From: Microbotryum violaceum
Taxonomy: Eukaryota
Direction of reading: 5' to 3'
Assembly: GCA_001244265.2 (NCBI GenBank)
Contig: CDLV01000007.1
Location: forward strand, 186,001 to 250,000
DNA: 64,000 nucleotides
Below the pieces are notes generated by a model. The model was given only the letters and a program-made list of their open reading frames with translations, made no database searches and was not told the origin of the DNA. A program made the translations under genes and the position numbers. Below are positions 50,856-64,000 of this stretch, one piece after another; the stretch's first letter is position 1, and each line of letters starts with the position of its first letter.

Positions 50856-53800
50856 CTACGAGGGTATGATGGTCACATTCGCTTCGAGCCACTTGTCCAT
50901 CTCGTCGGCCGAGTCCACTTCTTCCACGTCATTAACTTCAAAGGCCATCGGAAGGTCCTTCTCGCTGGGGATGGCAGTCAAGCTGGGCGACTCGTGAACA
51001 CCTTTTGTCGCGTCGTGTTCAACGACTTCGACTGGAGAAGTTTGAGGCTCATCGGGTACGCGCGGCGACGACGAGTGCGGTGTCAGGAACAGAGGGGAGT
51101 CGCGTCGAGAAGAGAAGGCGGGCGAGCTGGAGGAGTGATCCACGGCTTCGTCGTCGCGCATCGGAGGTGTCTGATAGCGCGAGCCATTGGTGTGAGCCGC
51201 AGCAGTGGGCGTTTCTTCGTCCGCTTCATCGTCAGAGTCAACACGTTTGCGCTTCAACGCCTGACCCATGCCATTTGGATCCGGAAGTTCCGAGTCGAGA
51301 TCCGAATCGTCCGCAAGCTCATCAACCTGAGCAAAAAGCTCGTCCGCGCTCTTTTGTCTCGCAAGTTGCTGCTTCAGCGGGAGTCGATGCGTGTTCGCTG
51401 ATCCAGGAGCAGGCTTTTGGGAGAGAACGGTATGGAGTTGATTGTCTGGAGAGTCGTCATCGTCGTCAGAGGAAAGTATTTCGAGCTGCACTGGGGCCTT
51501 GGTGGGTCTGGCTGTCTTCCCCAGGTTCGGCTCCTTCTGGTTTCGGCGTGAAGCGGCAACGCGAGCCTTGGTGGCTCTCGCCACCTGGTCAGGGTGCAAC
51601 AACTCATCCTCTGAGTCGGTTTCAATCTCGTCCTCTTCCCTTGAAGCAGATTTGCGAGACGTCGAGCTCGAAGAAGAGAAAAAGTCGAACAGGGTATCTT
51701 TCTTGGTATGGGTCGGAGCAGAAGCGACGGGAACTTTGACGGAAGAAAACTTGGTGTTCTTTCCTTGCTGCATTTTACTGACTTTAGCCGGTGCCTCATG
51801 AGACCCCTCAGCTTGATCATGGTCGGTTGTGCTCTTTTTGCGCGCTGGACGAGGTGGTTTGTCGACGCCTTCACGGCAGCTGGCAATGCCTCGGGTTACG
51901 GGTCAGGGGATGTCAAATTGCCCAAGCCAAAGTTGCTTACCACAGGTGTCGGCACTTAGTCTTGTCGTTGCACGAGTGACCGCATTCGTACTTGCCATCA
52001 GCTCGACGATTGCGAACGAATTCCTTTGCAGCCACAGCTGCGACAAAGAACAAGTCGTTTCAGCCGGTGAGAACACAAGCGAGTACACGATGCGACTCAC
52101 CACTGCCAGAATGAGACGCCACAACGGGCTTTGCTACAGATTTGCCTTCGACGTTCGCGTGAACTTCATCGGCGTGAGGGATTGCCTGCTCTTCCACTTC
52201 ATCCAGTTCCTCCCCATCGAAGTCTTGCTCAAATTCATCCACCAGAGCATCCTCCATCTCTGCCCCCACGCGTTCGTCCGACGACGGGGCCAAAACCGGC
52301 AAAGGATACTCGCCAGCGTTCGTCGAAGGCTTGAGCTGCGCTTTCGCTTCCGATCCAGCGATCGCATCGGCCGAGACGGTGCCGATGATACGCTGTGAAG
52401 GCTTGACGAGGATGACAGCGACTGAGAAAGCTTGCTTTTTGGTCGCGAACAATTTATCGAGACGCATCTTGCGGAACTCGATGAATTCATGGTCCGAGGT
52501 TGTGAGTGTGACCATGGCCCAGAGGAGTAGGCCACCTTTCTTGACGATCGGCGCCGGTTGGGTAGCCTTAAGGCCAATCTCGACGTGCACGTGGACTTTG
52601 ACACCAGTATCGACAACTTCTTCCTCTTTAGCTTGCAATGAGATCGTGAATTGAGGTAGCGAACGCGCCTGAGCGAGGATCTTTCGGCCGAAGGGTGGAT
52701 GGCGGTTGGTGAGCAATTCGATTCTCGAAGCCTCGGTTTCACGAAGGTCCGCGATCGTCTTGATCCCCTTGCTCGACAAGGCTTGCGAGTACTTCTCTCC
52801 GACACCTTCAATCTGCCTCAAAGACGCCGCCGAGTCATCCCAGGCTCGAGCCGAGATCGCACGCATCAACTCGAGAGCCGCCTTGATGCCTCCATCGCGA
52901 CGCTCGAGCGCAAGGTCGACCATACACTTGGCGATCCGCAGCGCACTCGGAAAGATGAGACTTTCCTCCGACAGTGGGTTGCTGACTTCGGCAGATTTGA
53001 GCTCACCAGCGAGGCCTTCGAGCACGACTTGGATCAGCACGAAAAGCTTGTCCGCCGAGCTGACGACCTTGGCCGCGGGATACCGGATCAGCTTGTTCGC
53101 TTTCATCAGCATTGCCTTTTCTCCACCCGCACGAATGCGAAGGCTTGAGAATTCACCAGCCTTCGACATGGCCTCGAGTAGAGTACGCATGCTGGATTTG
53201 AGTGGCAGATTCTTCAAAGCGACAAAGGTGGCCTGACAGAGGAAGAACTTGGACATCATCTCGCTGTAGGGCGTGGCAATAATCAGCTCGTCATGCTTCT
53301 CGACGATGCCATTCTTGGTGAGTTCAGCGACAGCTTCAACACAAATTTCCTCGAGGCGAGCGTCGGCGGGCTTGTTCGGTTCCTTGGCAAGCGCGTAATG
53401 CGAGGGGTTCTTGGAAATGCGCACGTAGAGGAACGTTGAATGCAGCCACTTCAGAGCCGACGGAACACTGCGGATCGTACGAAGGATGATCTCCGAGTTG
53501 ATGTGTTCGGTTAGATTTTTGTGCAGACTTGACTCGAGTACCGTGCTCGAGTTTGCCAATAACTCGTAGTGACGAATTTGATCACGCTCGGTCATGATGC
53601 AGGCCACGCCCATTGTGTCGTATTGCGGACGACCAGCCCTACCGAGCATCTGAAGCAACTCGGTGTCGTCGAGTTCGTACATTCTCCCATCCCGAAACTG
53701 CTTCGTTCCTTTGACGATGACCATCCGTGCTGGCAAGTTGACGCCCACGGCGAGGGTCGAAGTGGAGCAGACGACCGAGATCGAGCCGGCGATGAAGAGC

Positions 53801-56133
53801 TGCTCGATGAGCTTTCGGTCATCCATGTCGAGGCCAGCGTGATGGTAAGCGACGCCGCACTCGAGCAAACCCGCGAGCTTCTTGTCGTTCGGACGGGCCA
53901 CGAGACGAGAAGGCTTTGGCCAAGGTAGGTTGTTTCGCTGCGCAGGCTTTTCGACCAGTTGACGGTATTCCTTTGCAAGATGCTCGGCGAGCTTTAAACA
54001 CCCTTTGCGCGTGTTTGAGAACACCAGAACCCTGCAAATATGGATAAATTAGCCGAAAAACCTCTTCCATGGGACTGGACGAGAAGACAAAGGCACACTC
54101 ACGGCTTGCCGCTCGAGTACCTCTGAATGAGCTCAAACACCTTGTAGTCGAGCGAAGAATCGAAAGCGAAGTCGTTGTCACGCGCCGGAAAGCCAACCAC
54201 GATCTTTTGTAATGGGCAGGGTCGATACTCGTCACCGAACGTGAAGGTGTCGGCGGGCGACGTATCCGAGTGCTGAAGCCACGTCGCGACGTCGTCGGCG
54301 TTGGGGACAGTAGCTGACAGAGCGATGAAGCGTGTATCGGTTCCCAACGTCTTCATGCGACTGACCACAACCTCGAGCGTCGCACCTCGCACATCGGTCC
54401 CGACCGAGTGACACTCGTCGATGCAGAACAGACGCAGAAGCGCCAAAGCGCGATGATGGTCGTGCCATTTGCGCGTGATCGAGTCCCATTTTTCGGGTGT
54501 GGTGATGATAATACGAGCCTTTCCGATCTCCATCCACAACCCTGGCCCCTCCATCGCTGTGTCACCGGTCAACTCGACGACGGCCCAACCCAGGCCAGAA
54601 CGTTCGAATTTGGTCTTCCAATCCGCAGCTCTTTCGGTGCACAGCGATTTGGTCGGTGCCATGTAAACGGCCTTAGCGTCGTTCGAGTCGGCGCTTGAAA
54701 AGAGGCGCAGGATTGCGAGCTCAAAAAGAACGGTCTTCCCTGACGAGGTTGGGGCTGAGACGACAACATTGCGATCCGAGTGGTAGATGGCATCGAAACA
54801 AGTACTCTGAATGGCGTTGAAGACGCCGAACTTCCACAGTCCTCGAAAGACATCCGCTGGGCATGTCCGATTGCAAATGAGGTCAGAGTGCGTAATCATT
54901 GGTAAGGATGAAATCGGGGGACTAACGAAGATCACTGACGGCTCGAAGCCTCGTCCCAGCCGCACGAGGTCTTGTGGAGCTGGGCTGGGGGCATGCGCTC
55001 GCATTCTGGGGTCCAGAGCGCTGGGCAATTGATAAATTTTGACCACTACTGAACCCGAACTGCTGGAGGGGAGCCGAGCGAAAACCTTGAGGCTGCCTTT
55101 GGGGCAGGAGAGCTTGAGGTACCACTGGGCAGAACGACCACAACGGCCGGAGTCAGCTTTGTCTCCCATTCACTAAAAGACGAGCCGGATACTCACGAGC
55201 TCGATCATCGACCATCAACTGCCTCTCAAACTCCTGTTCGTCCTCGCCCCCACCAAAGTACTCCTCTTCGGAATCGGCGCGCCTGGGTGGTGGCCCACCC
55301 ATCGGTGCGAGCGGGCGACGTGTCGTACTCTCATGGATGTCAGCAGTCATCGATGCAGGGTAATTTCGCACTTCTTGAACGACTTGTGAAGCTGGACGTT
55401 GAGGTATCGGGCGGAGCGGCGGGATGAATGACGCGTCGGCGGGTCGGAATGGTGGCTCGCGATTGACATTCGACATCCCTGGAGGCCGAGACCATTGTTG
55501 TTGCGTTGGGGTCGGACGAGTCTCACGAGGTTGTGAGAACGAAATCTGACTCTGCAATTGAAAAGTTGGTGGAGCTGGGCGGGTCGAGGACAACGAACTG
55601 ATATGCTGGCTTGGTCGACGGGCGCCCAACGCAGGGGGGGTGGGTGAAATGGGGTCACCGTCGTCTGCTGCAACGTCGCGCGTCAATATCAATCACTTCC
55701 AGGCGGAAGAGAAGACGTGTGACTCGTGCATACCATGTATCATCATTCCCCTCGCCTGTTCACGCGCTTCTGTTGTACCACCCCACTGCTGCGTCGCATC
55801 GTACGACCGACCCCGCGCCGAGTTTTCACCACCCCACGCTGACTCCTCACGCGCCCGATCACGATCGATCTCCTGCATCACTTGTTCAACCTCATCATCA
55901 TCATAGACCGAAGAGGAGTGCAAAGTCCCTAGTTGATGCCTGAACCCGAACGCATCGACGACGACATCCTCTTGTCCACTGCCACTACGACTCGCCAGGG
56001 GATGATCGTCATCATCAACGACATGTGGTCGAGCTCGGGAGCTGTCGTACGACGTCGAAGCACCGACGTTGGAAGCGATCGGGGACGAACTATGATTGTA
56101 GCGGGACCTCTCGAGGATGGTCCATGCTGGCAT
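50856..56133 (-). CDS. MER3: Meiotic Ski2-like DExH helicase Mer3/HFM1 with Sec63 domain (5' end approximate)
   Basis: LRAVSDL|PDVFRGLWKFGVFNAIQSTCF..VVSAPTSSGKTVLFELAILRL; YMAPTKSLC.ER..DW..KF; TTPEKWDSITRKW.D; IDECH..RGATLEVVVSRMK; RFIALSATVPN; YHHAGL; TSTLAVGVNLPA; QMLGRAGRPQYD; LESSLH.NL.EHINSEI; then a Sec63 region, a Cys/His motif near 51950 and a disordered tail. Confidence 0.93.
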
Positions 56134-56414
56134 ACTGACCCTCTTGAGCTGTGAATGAAGGGTAATCTCGGTGAGAAGAAAGAGAAAGAGGAGGCGAATG
56201 TGGCCCGGCGGAGGGAGCCTCCCCTAAAACTTAAAACCCCTTCGCGCTGCAACAAATTCGATCGGTCGTACCAGCCTGGGCCGCCGCCGCTAGTGAGATG
56301 AAAAGTGATTGCGATAGCATGGATGCGACTGCGCAACAACAAAGTCAATAAAATGCCAAGCAAAATGAACAAGATGGTACAAACAACATGTCGAAGAGAC
56401 CCTGATATGCGAAT

Positions 56415-57915
56415 TCATTTGCGTTTCGGCCTGGGCTTGAGGAACAACGAGTTGAGCGAGGTTTGAGAGGCGACACTAGGTGGGTGCGTCGGTGGTACCA
56501 CGGTTGATCGCGATGAGATGGGAGGAGGTGACAAGGCAGAAACCGGTCTTGGCTTGGTCAGATCAATCATTGGAGACGTAGGATGAAAGATCTTGGCGGA
56601 TGGAGGAGGGCTGCCGGCTGGCGAGATTGTCGGAGGTCGACTCGGCAATCGAGCAATCGGCCCTGACGCCATGGCTGAAATCGGAGGAGGGGAACACGCT
56701 GTCCCTTTGTTTGAATTTGGTCTTGGATTCGGCGGTGGTTCATCGACCGATTCACCGCCCGAGGTCGAGTCGCCCGGCAGGACCCACTTGACCGTCTTGG
56801 TCGTCGTTGTTAATTTGACATTATTCTGCGCTTTCCGAGATGGCGCTTTGATCGCGAAAGCTTTCGAAGGAGCCAGAGCTGGAGCCGGTTCTTTCTTAGA
56901 CGATGATGTGGTCGAGGAGGAAGAGGATGATTTGGACGGAGGAAGCTGATGCCTAGGTGTGGTGTAGATGGAGCGAATCTGCGCGGTCTGCGCTCTCGCT
57001 TTCTGCATCAAGGACTTGGGTCGGGAGCCTGAGATTCCAAGCGTACAGAGTCAGCCATCTGAGACACGAGCAAAGCTGTGTTCACGTTCATCAATGACCT
57101 TGATGAGCCATGTTGGCCGCGATCTTGCGCCGTTTGGCCATCTGGACGCCATCGACGACATTGGTCGTCGCTCGGCCTTCGCTATAGCCCTTGTACTGCG
57201 TGCGCATACGAGCTTGTACAGCCTCCATTTTGGCCTACCAGAATATCACCCGGCGTGCTTGAAAAGGGTGTTAGAGGTGGGAGTAGGAACACGGCAGAAT
57301 CCGAGGTGCGGTAGAACTCACGTCTCGTCGCTTGGTCTCTTCAACGTGTAAATCCCGCCAACTCGCAGGCTCATGCTTCATCGTACCATCCTCGACTTGA
57401 ATACGGATGTTGACAAAGTCCTTGACGCAAAGCTTTTTCCATAGTGCTGGGGAATACCAGATGAGATGGATCAATGAGCCTCCGAGCATTTTTTTAACCG
57501 AGTCGGAAGAATTTGCTGAGGCCCCCCTCCGAGTGACTCACGCCCTGTATGCTCGGAAATATGAGGTGATCTGGTCTCAATGAGGTGAAGTTGTTCGGCA
57601 GGGAAGAGGGCGAGTATATTTTTGATGAGATCGTAGCTGCAGTCGCCGATATCGGTGATGCCTGATTCCGGGGTTGGTATTGGAGTCAGCAAGAGCCACC
57701 CTGTCGATAACGACTGCCAGCCGTCGAAACTCACCTGACACGTGCAATTTGAGAATGCTCTCGGCGCATATCCGCAGAGAAGGAATCGGCCGTCGTGGAG
57801 GTGGTGACAGGGCCCACATGCCACCGTAGAGCGACGGCGCCTCGTCGAGTGCGGTCGTGAACCCGAACGAAGGGTCGAACGTCGTGTCGGCACCCCAGTC
57901 CGGACCCATGCCCAT
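56415..57915 (-). CDS. Elongin A-like protein (RNA pol II elongation factor SIII subunit A family)
   Basis: BC-box-like IPSLRICAESIL; ITDIGDCSYDLIKNIL...EQLHLIETRSPHI...|ALWKKLCVKDF....EPASWRDLH; KSLMQKAR; Pro/Ser-rich tail ending LFLKPRPKRK. The start is 57915 or 57819. Confidence 0.8.
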
Positions 57916-58105
57916 CGAAGTATTGCGTTTCCTCCGAGACGGATACGAGTCTTTAGGTGAAACGCCGAGCGTTCAAGGTGGGTGCGTGAGTCGAAACCCA
58001 GCGCGACACCTCGCCACACTCGGCTACACTCTGGGCGGGTCTCGTTCGGCGATCGGATTGGCATTCGATCTCCTACCTTCGCTTCGTTGCAGCTCCTCAC
58101 CCACC

Positions 58106-59005
58106 ATGCTTTCTGCCTTTGGAGTAAGCTACGATCTATTCCTGACCTACACCCACACAACTGATCATCTCCCCCTTTTCCCTCTTTTCCAGCGAGTGAT
58201 CGGACTGAACGCCCCAAGCACGGAGCCCGTCGCGTCCACTTCCACTTCGACACGATCCAATTCCTCGTCCCCACCACCCCCTTTCCCCGCCCTCAACTCT
58301 CAACAACGCCTCAAATCCTCTTCCTCCTCCTCTACCACCACATCATCGACCCACAAGACCCGACCCCCTCCTCCACCACTCTTCCACGTCGATGCGCCCG
58401 AATCCGATGACGAACGCGACCCCTATGACGACGATGACGAACAAGATGGACGAGGGAAAGCCCTCCCACCTTTGGAAATCGACCAGGACTCGTTGAAGGC
58501 GCCCACGAGTACGGTCAAGAAGGGCAAGAGGGTCAAGGTCTCGATTGAGAAGGGGTATTCCCAGTTGGATTGGGCGAAGCTGCAGAGGAGTGGCGAGGAT
58601 TTAAGGGTCCGTTCATGATACGACGCTTAGACGTACGACAAGAGCTCTGTGCAAACTAAGGTTTTCTTCTTTTCACAACACAGAACGGTGTCACACAACT
58701 GATGCGCATCACACCGGCGATGTTGGCCGAGCACAAGACCCGAGACGATTGTTGGCAGGCCTACGGGGGCAAAGTCTACGACGTCACACGCTTCCTCAAG
58801 TTTCATCCTGGTGGAGTCGGCGAGATCATGCGCGCTGCAGCAAAAGATGGTCAGGGCTTTCCTGGGATGGTCCTACGAGCGTCCCGGGCTGATCCCATTC
58901 TTGGCCGATCTGGCAGGCACCGAACTATTCATGAAAACCCATGCCTGGGTTTCTTACGATCTCATGCTGGACGGATGTTTGATAGGTTTCTTGGTTCGGG
59001 AATAG
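58106..59005 (+). CDS. Cytochrome b5-like heme-binding protein (Irc21/NCB5OR-b5-like)
   Basis: FPALNSQQR; KVSIEKGYSQLDWAKL; ITPAMLAEHKTRDDCWQAYGGKVYDVTRFLKFHPGGVGEIMRAAAKDG|TELFMKTHAWVSYDLMLDGCLIGFLV, with HPGG and H.WV heme ligands. Confidence 0.9.
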
Positions 59006-59078
59006 AGGTCCTTTATGTACAGCATCTTCTCTATCCCCACTTGGAACTGCAACTGCGCTAAATCCTGGACTCGGACAC

Positions 59079-60801
59079 CTATTTGTGCGTCTGCGTCCGC
59101 GCATCAATCTCCCTGACCCATCTCGGCATTGCCAACTCGACTTCCTTTTTGGCTTTGGACAACCTCGTCTTGACATCGTCCATCATCCCATCCCTACCCA
59201 TGAGCTTCGGCATCCCTTTCGGCCCAATAATCAACCCCTTGACACCCTCACCCAACACCTCAAATTTCTTCATCAACGCTTCCACCCGATCCAATTCCGC
59301 CAGCTTCGCGATATAGGCTTTGGACGCTTTAGAATGTTTAGAGTACTCCAACACCCGCGGATGATTCGCGATCGCGCCCGACCACGTATAAGGTTTAATC
59401 GGATCGGTGAGCAAGAAGGAAGAACTCTCCGTTTGCGCCTGGAGCTTCGCGAACCATTCGTCCAATTTGGGTTTGAGCACCTGTAAAGCGTTCGGTTTAG
59501 GACGTTGTGTGAAATCGAGGGGGGAGCCGCCGACGGTCAGTTCACACGCATCGCCGTTGGGTTTCCACCTCGGCTCGGGTTCGTTGGAAGCGTAGAGGGC
59601 GAAATTTATCTTTTTGCTTGCACCGAAGGCGACTGTGGTTGCTCGTTCGTCGCCTTTGGCGTATTCGGCGAGGTAAATGGGGATATAGAGGGGGTAGGCG
59701 CCGAACAAGGAGGCCTTGATGCTCGAAGGGTCTGCGATCGGACCAAGATGAATGAGCCTAACGAGTCTTCACCCCCCATTTCCTCTCGGACTAACCTAAT
59801 CCAATCCCATGCTGACTCTCCGTCGTCCTCGGCAACCCCGTGATCTTTCTCAACAAATTCAGCGGATGATGCGTAAAAGGAACGACCGTCAACGACACCG
59901 ACTCCTCTCCGTGCCGAAGTTCGACCACGGACCCATCTTCGGGGTCACGGACGACGACTTGGCGACCGGCATGGTGAGACGGCGAGAAGGGGACGGGCTC
60001 AGAGTCCCATGTACTGTCGACGGTCAATTGGTCGAGGGGGCTCATTTTGTAGCCCGGAATGGTGGCGTCGCTCGCCGAGACTGTGCGCGGAATCCACTCT
60101 CACTTCAGCTGACCGTCTCCACTTTAATATCGAGTTACCCGAACGCTCAAGACTGACCTGAAAAGCTCATCTGCGCATCCAGCCACGCGGTCCCCTTGAT
60201 CGCCAAATCGATCTTCCACACCGGCAAAAGCACGCCCCGAAAAGCGACCCTCTCGACACCGGTCTCGAAGATGTTGCCAAAGAACCGGTTGAGGGTCATG
60301 CGTAGGAAAGTGCCGAACCCAAAGGCGGAATGTGCACCGACGGAGCAGTACTCGGAGGCTTTCCATCCGGGGAGGTGGAAGGGGATTGCTGCGAGACGTG
60401 GGGAGAGAGGCTCAGGCTTGGTCGTACCCATCCCAGTGCAGCACCTTGTGCGGTGACTGACTCTGTATCTTGCCATACTCTCCTGCTGTCGAATCACCAT
60501 TCGACTCCTCCCTCGTCTCCGCATTCGATGCCTCCTCCCCTTCGTCCTCAACCTCTTGGTCCTCTTCCGCCGCAGTCGCTCGCTCAATCGCCGATCTCGT
60601 CATCCTTTTGGACCTTGATCTCCCCGTCGTCAAGGACCTGCTTGAAGATGGGTGTCCACCCCTAGCAAGTGTCCATGCGATCGATGAGGGCGGTGTCGCT
60701 CGTGTGCCGGACCGTTGGATGCTCGAGGAGGTGGAGGTTGAAGCGACGATCACTCGACGAGTAGTACTCGCAAAGCATCGACATGTCGTGGTCGGGAGCA
60801 T
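59079..60801 (-). CDS. Hypothetical protein with a mitochondrial-presequence-like N-terminus
   Basis: MLPTTTCRCFASTTRRVIVASTSTSSSIQRSGTR is Arg/Ser/Thr-rich and lacks acidic residues. It is followed by spliced exons ..LAAIPFHLP..VLLPVWKIDL..; ..PVPFSPSHH..LTVVPFTHHPLNLL; ..AYPLYIPIYLAEY. Confidence 0.65.
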
Positions 60802-61322
60802 AATCGAGATGAGGTCGGACCTTTGATTCGTCGGGCTTGTACGAAGGTGTAGGGTGTGGCAGAGCTCAAGGCGCTCAAAGGGCGCGCGCGGTACGCGACG
60901 TTGCGGAGAGGTGTCATTGGTGATCGGGTCAACTTGCCGCCTGGGTTCCATGTCGTCAGTTCTCCGCCCCGACAGCCCACACCAGTTCCTTGTAGGATCA
61001 CTCTCTCCTACGCAAGAGTGGAATACGATGCGAAAAGTTACAATCCACGACGATCCATCTACGAAGAAGAAAATAGCGAGAAAGCTAGCAGTGGCAAAAG
61101 AACGAGAACCTCGCCTTGAGGCTTGGAGTTGTTGACGACTATAGGGTGATGGGAACACGAAAGCAAACAAAGAAGGATGGAAAAACAGAGAAACGATGCA
61201 GAGCGGAGTTTGTACATCAAACAGAGAGCAAGGTGCCGAGAATCAACGGCTCCTACAACTCATTAATGAGAGGGATCGGATCGAGGGGGACCGAGTTTTG
61301 CGTAGAATGCGGGTCGGTCCGT

Positions 61323-62915
61323 CTATGTGAATTTACGAACGACAAGAGCGAGGATTGCGACGAGGACAACGAGGATCAGCCGATCAACGGCCGTCGGTTG
61401 ACCACCGATCATCATCAAATCGGCAGGGAGAGCCGCAGTTTCGGGCGTAGCAGCCGGCGGGGCTGCCGCTGCCGCTGGTGCGGATGAGGTCGAAGCAACC
61501 GCAGCCACACTCGAGGCCGAAGTCGCGTTCAACGGTGAAGGTGCCGCCGATCTAGGTTCATGGCCAGGTGCAGGACGGTGTTGAACAACTCGGAGTTGAG
61601 GAGCAGGAATCGCGTCCAGAGTCGCAGCGGCAGTGGGGATGTGGTGATGTCTGGGATGCGGCGCTGAGGCATTCGCGACACGATCGGCTGTCCCCGAAAC
61701 GTGGTCCGGCGTCGTGACGGCATGGCCTCCAACATCAGCGGCACAGACACCTGGTCCACGCGACGAGGGAAAGATGGCGGTCGCTTCATCGGATCGATCG
61801 GTACTGGACGCCACCGCGGCGACTTCCTCATCTTCCTCATCCTCCTCGTCGACAGCTTCACCGTCTTCGGTGTCGGACGAGGGCGTGGTCGTGGTGAGGG
61901 TCAAGAACTTGGTCGCGTGGAAATCGCACGTCGCACAGTGGAATGTCCGGGATCTACGAGGAGAGAAAACTGTCAGCCGTTCGCCCTCTTGCAGCTGGAA
62001 CTAGCCAAAAGCGGACTTACGCCTGAGCTAGTCGCCGACGTTCGGCCGGAGGCACTTCAAGTGACCCCACAGCTCCAGCGGCCTGCACGACGAACATGAA
62101 ACGTTGACAGTCGTCAATATACAGGTCATGCTCGCCAGAATCGCCCAGATTCACCTCAGTCTCGAAAAAAGCCATGAGAGCGAGCAACGCGGTACGGATC
62201 CCCCACGACGGTTGCCACGTCTCGGGATGGAAGCTCGAGATCGAGAGGCAAATCTTCTTGTTGGTTTCGAACCGGCCCGAAGGGGTGGCCATGTAGATTT
62301 CTGGGGGCTTGAATGGGTATTCCGAGGGGAGCTGTGGTAGGAAATGGCAAGTGGAGGGGAAGGGAATCATGTCGTGGTGGGAGCGGGACGGGACACGAGA
62401 CCGAATTCGGGTTCAGCCTGGATGCTCGATCGGGCCGGGATGGACCGTGGACCGTGGAGTGGGGAATGGGGCTGCAACGACGAGGACGCAGAGGGTATGA
62501 AACTTACGATCATTCGTCCATGGTAGACACCACCTAACCAGCACGAGGTACGCGCAGGGTAGAGGCACGAAAGAGGCGTCAGTACATGCCACGTCAATCG
62601 CAACGCAACAGGGGCTGGCTGACGACCGCCCAGCCAGCCGACTCCCAGCCGGGGCGGTGGTGGTGATGATAGGCACGACGCCGACGCACTCGCTCGGTGG
62701 CGCGGGCCAGCCAGCAGCCAGCAGCCGGATCACGACCCATAACAACACAAAGACTGACCTTCAAAGTCGGTACCCGAAGGACCCTTGATGGTGAAGTGCC
62801 AGTTGAAGAGATCGTCCTCGAGCGGGCCGGCGCTGTAGTCGCACGAGTCATCGGCCTCTAGCTCGGACGCCTCTTTGAGGATCCTCTTGACGCCCGTACT
62901 CGTTCGAGTGGCCAT
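61323..62915 (-). CDS. UBC6: ER tail-anchored ubiquitin-conjugating enzyme (Ubc6 / UBE2J1 type)
   Basis: VKRILKEASEL..AGPLEDDLFNWHFTIKGPSGTDFE|GGVYHGRMI|LPSEYPFKPP..TPSGRFETNKKICLSISSFHPETWQPSWGIRTAL, with a C-terminal TM LILVVLVAILALVVRKFT. Confidence 0.93.
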
Positions 62916-64000
62916 GGTCAGATCGAGAGGAGGGTAGTTGGTGAAGTCTATACCCACTTGCACACACACGGGAGTCTACTCGACGCGAGAGAGTCGGGTC
63001 GGCGGAGGAGAAGGCGAAGACAGAGGGGGCCAACTGGCGGGAACGGGCTCGAATGCCGAATGAACGCATTGCACTGGCCCGACAACTGAGACATACGTCG
63101 GCTCGCGTCACCGTCGCGACCAACGCTGGGGCGCTGCGTGGTGACTAGACATTCCAAGTTGAGTGTTTTAAATGCGTCTGAAAAATACCGGAAAATTTAC
63201 CAAGTACTCGGCCACCTGTCTCGATGCGGTTGGGCTCGCAGTAATACATGTATTATTACCTGCGCGCGAGATCAGCGCGCGTCTTGCTTCGGATTAGGAG
63301 GTGGTATGCAAAGACTGGAAAAGTTGTTGATAAAGCTTATTTTTTTAGGTACTAAACAATATTGCTATACATATTATGATGATAGTAATAAATTATGTAC
63401 CAAATTCGTTTTCGCGGGTATTAAACGAGACCTTTGACGTCTGTTCGATTTCCAAGCGCTGGGGAAAACTGGAGATTGCCACATCACCACTCTGAAGCGC
63501 TTGTCTTGTCCGAGTCTCGGCTTGCGGTCGGTGAGAGGGGCTGTGCCGCTCGGGATATCTGTGAGAAGGTGACAGTTCCGCACCACTACCATGCTGGTGC
63601 CAGGGCATCGAGGCTCCACGCCCCAATATTTTCACTGGTTTCAGCTTGTAGAGATGATCCAATTGCATTTTTGAGTCGGCTCTCATTGACTCTCCTCTCG
63701 AGGTTCAACCCCCAGACGTCCGCCCTTGGATCTTCTCCAAGAAACCCCTCCGCCCCGACTCTACATTTCACTCTGTACTCTCCCCACCACTCGTCGATGA
63801 CTTCCCATCCTCCCCATTTTGGTCCTCCGAAGTGCCCTCAAGCATCAAAGACGCCTTGCTCTTCTTCTTATGCTTCTTCACCCAAAGTCGGTGTTGTCCC
63901 ATTCGTCGCAGCGGGGATTTCTGTTGATGTTGCTGATGCTGGGGCACTGTTTCCTACGAGCTGAAGGTTTCGGTCGTAGCCCCATTCTGAATCCGGTCCC

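Noticed and set aside
30916-57915. Apparent cluster of nucleic-acid metabolism genes (RNH1, UPF1, Fpg, MER3, Elongin A), or a possible mating-type region
   Set aside because: The genes are interspersed with unrelated ones and do not share a pathway. I saw no pheromone, STE3 receptor or homeodomain genes.
63400-64000. Minus-strand coding-like frame at the right edge
   Set aside because: It has in-frame TAA/TGA stops and is truncated by the window. It could be a gene 3' end or a pseudogene but cannot be identified.

Overview
This is eukaryotic, intron-rich DNA (GT-AG introns with GTGAGT/GTAAGT donors and CTGAC/CTAAC branch sites). Gene content and intron style point to a basidiomycete fungus, plausibly Pucciniomycotina/Microbotryomycetes, though the taxon is an inference. 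Most of the window is a dense run of housekeeping genes: a CDC10-type septin (partial), SCAP, a RIB2-type deaminase, a Zn2Cys6 transcription factor, REI1, RNase H1, UPF1, NTF2, CCT4, a DUF4267-like protein, an Fpg/MutM glycosylase, a METTL21-type methyltransferase, the MER3/HFM1 meiotic helicase, an Elongin-A-like protein, a cytochrome b5-like protein and a UBC6/UBE2J1-type E2. There are two accessory zones. (1) About 3.4-14 kb holds a ~7.2 kb CACTA/EnSpm DNA transposon with a decayed transposase, a divergent second gene and arrays of near-palindromic GGGTAATACCC subterminal repeats. It appears to split a kinase-like gene, and just beyond it lies a ~275 bp near-perfect DNA palindrome (114 bp perfect arms, 4 nt loop). 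(2) About 27-30.5 kb holds a 5'-truncated Ty1/copia relic next to a decayed gene whose acyl-CoA-binding (ACBP) domain appears to follow a signal peptide. I found no rRNA, tRNA or CRISPR array. All calls were made by eye from motifs, so exon boundaries are approximate and no database search was run. I cannot claim a clearly new biological system. The palindrome, the two-gene CACTA element and the signal-peptide ACBP are the best leads.
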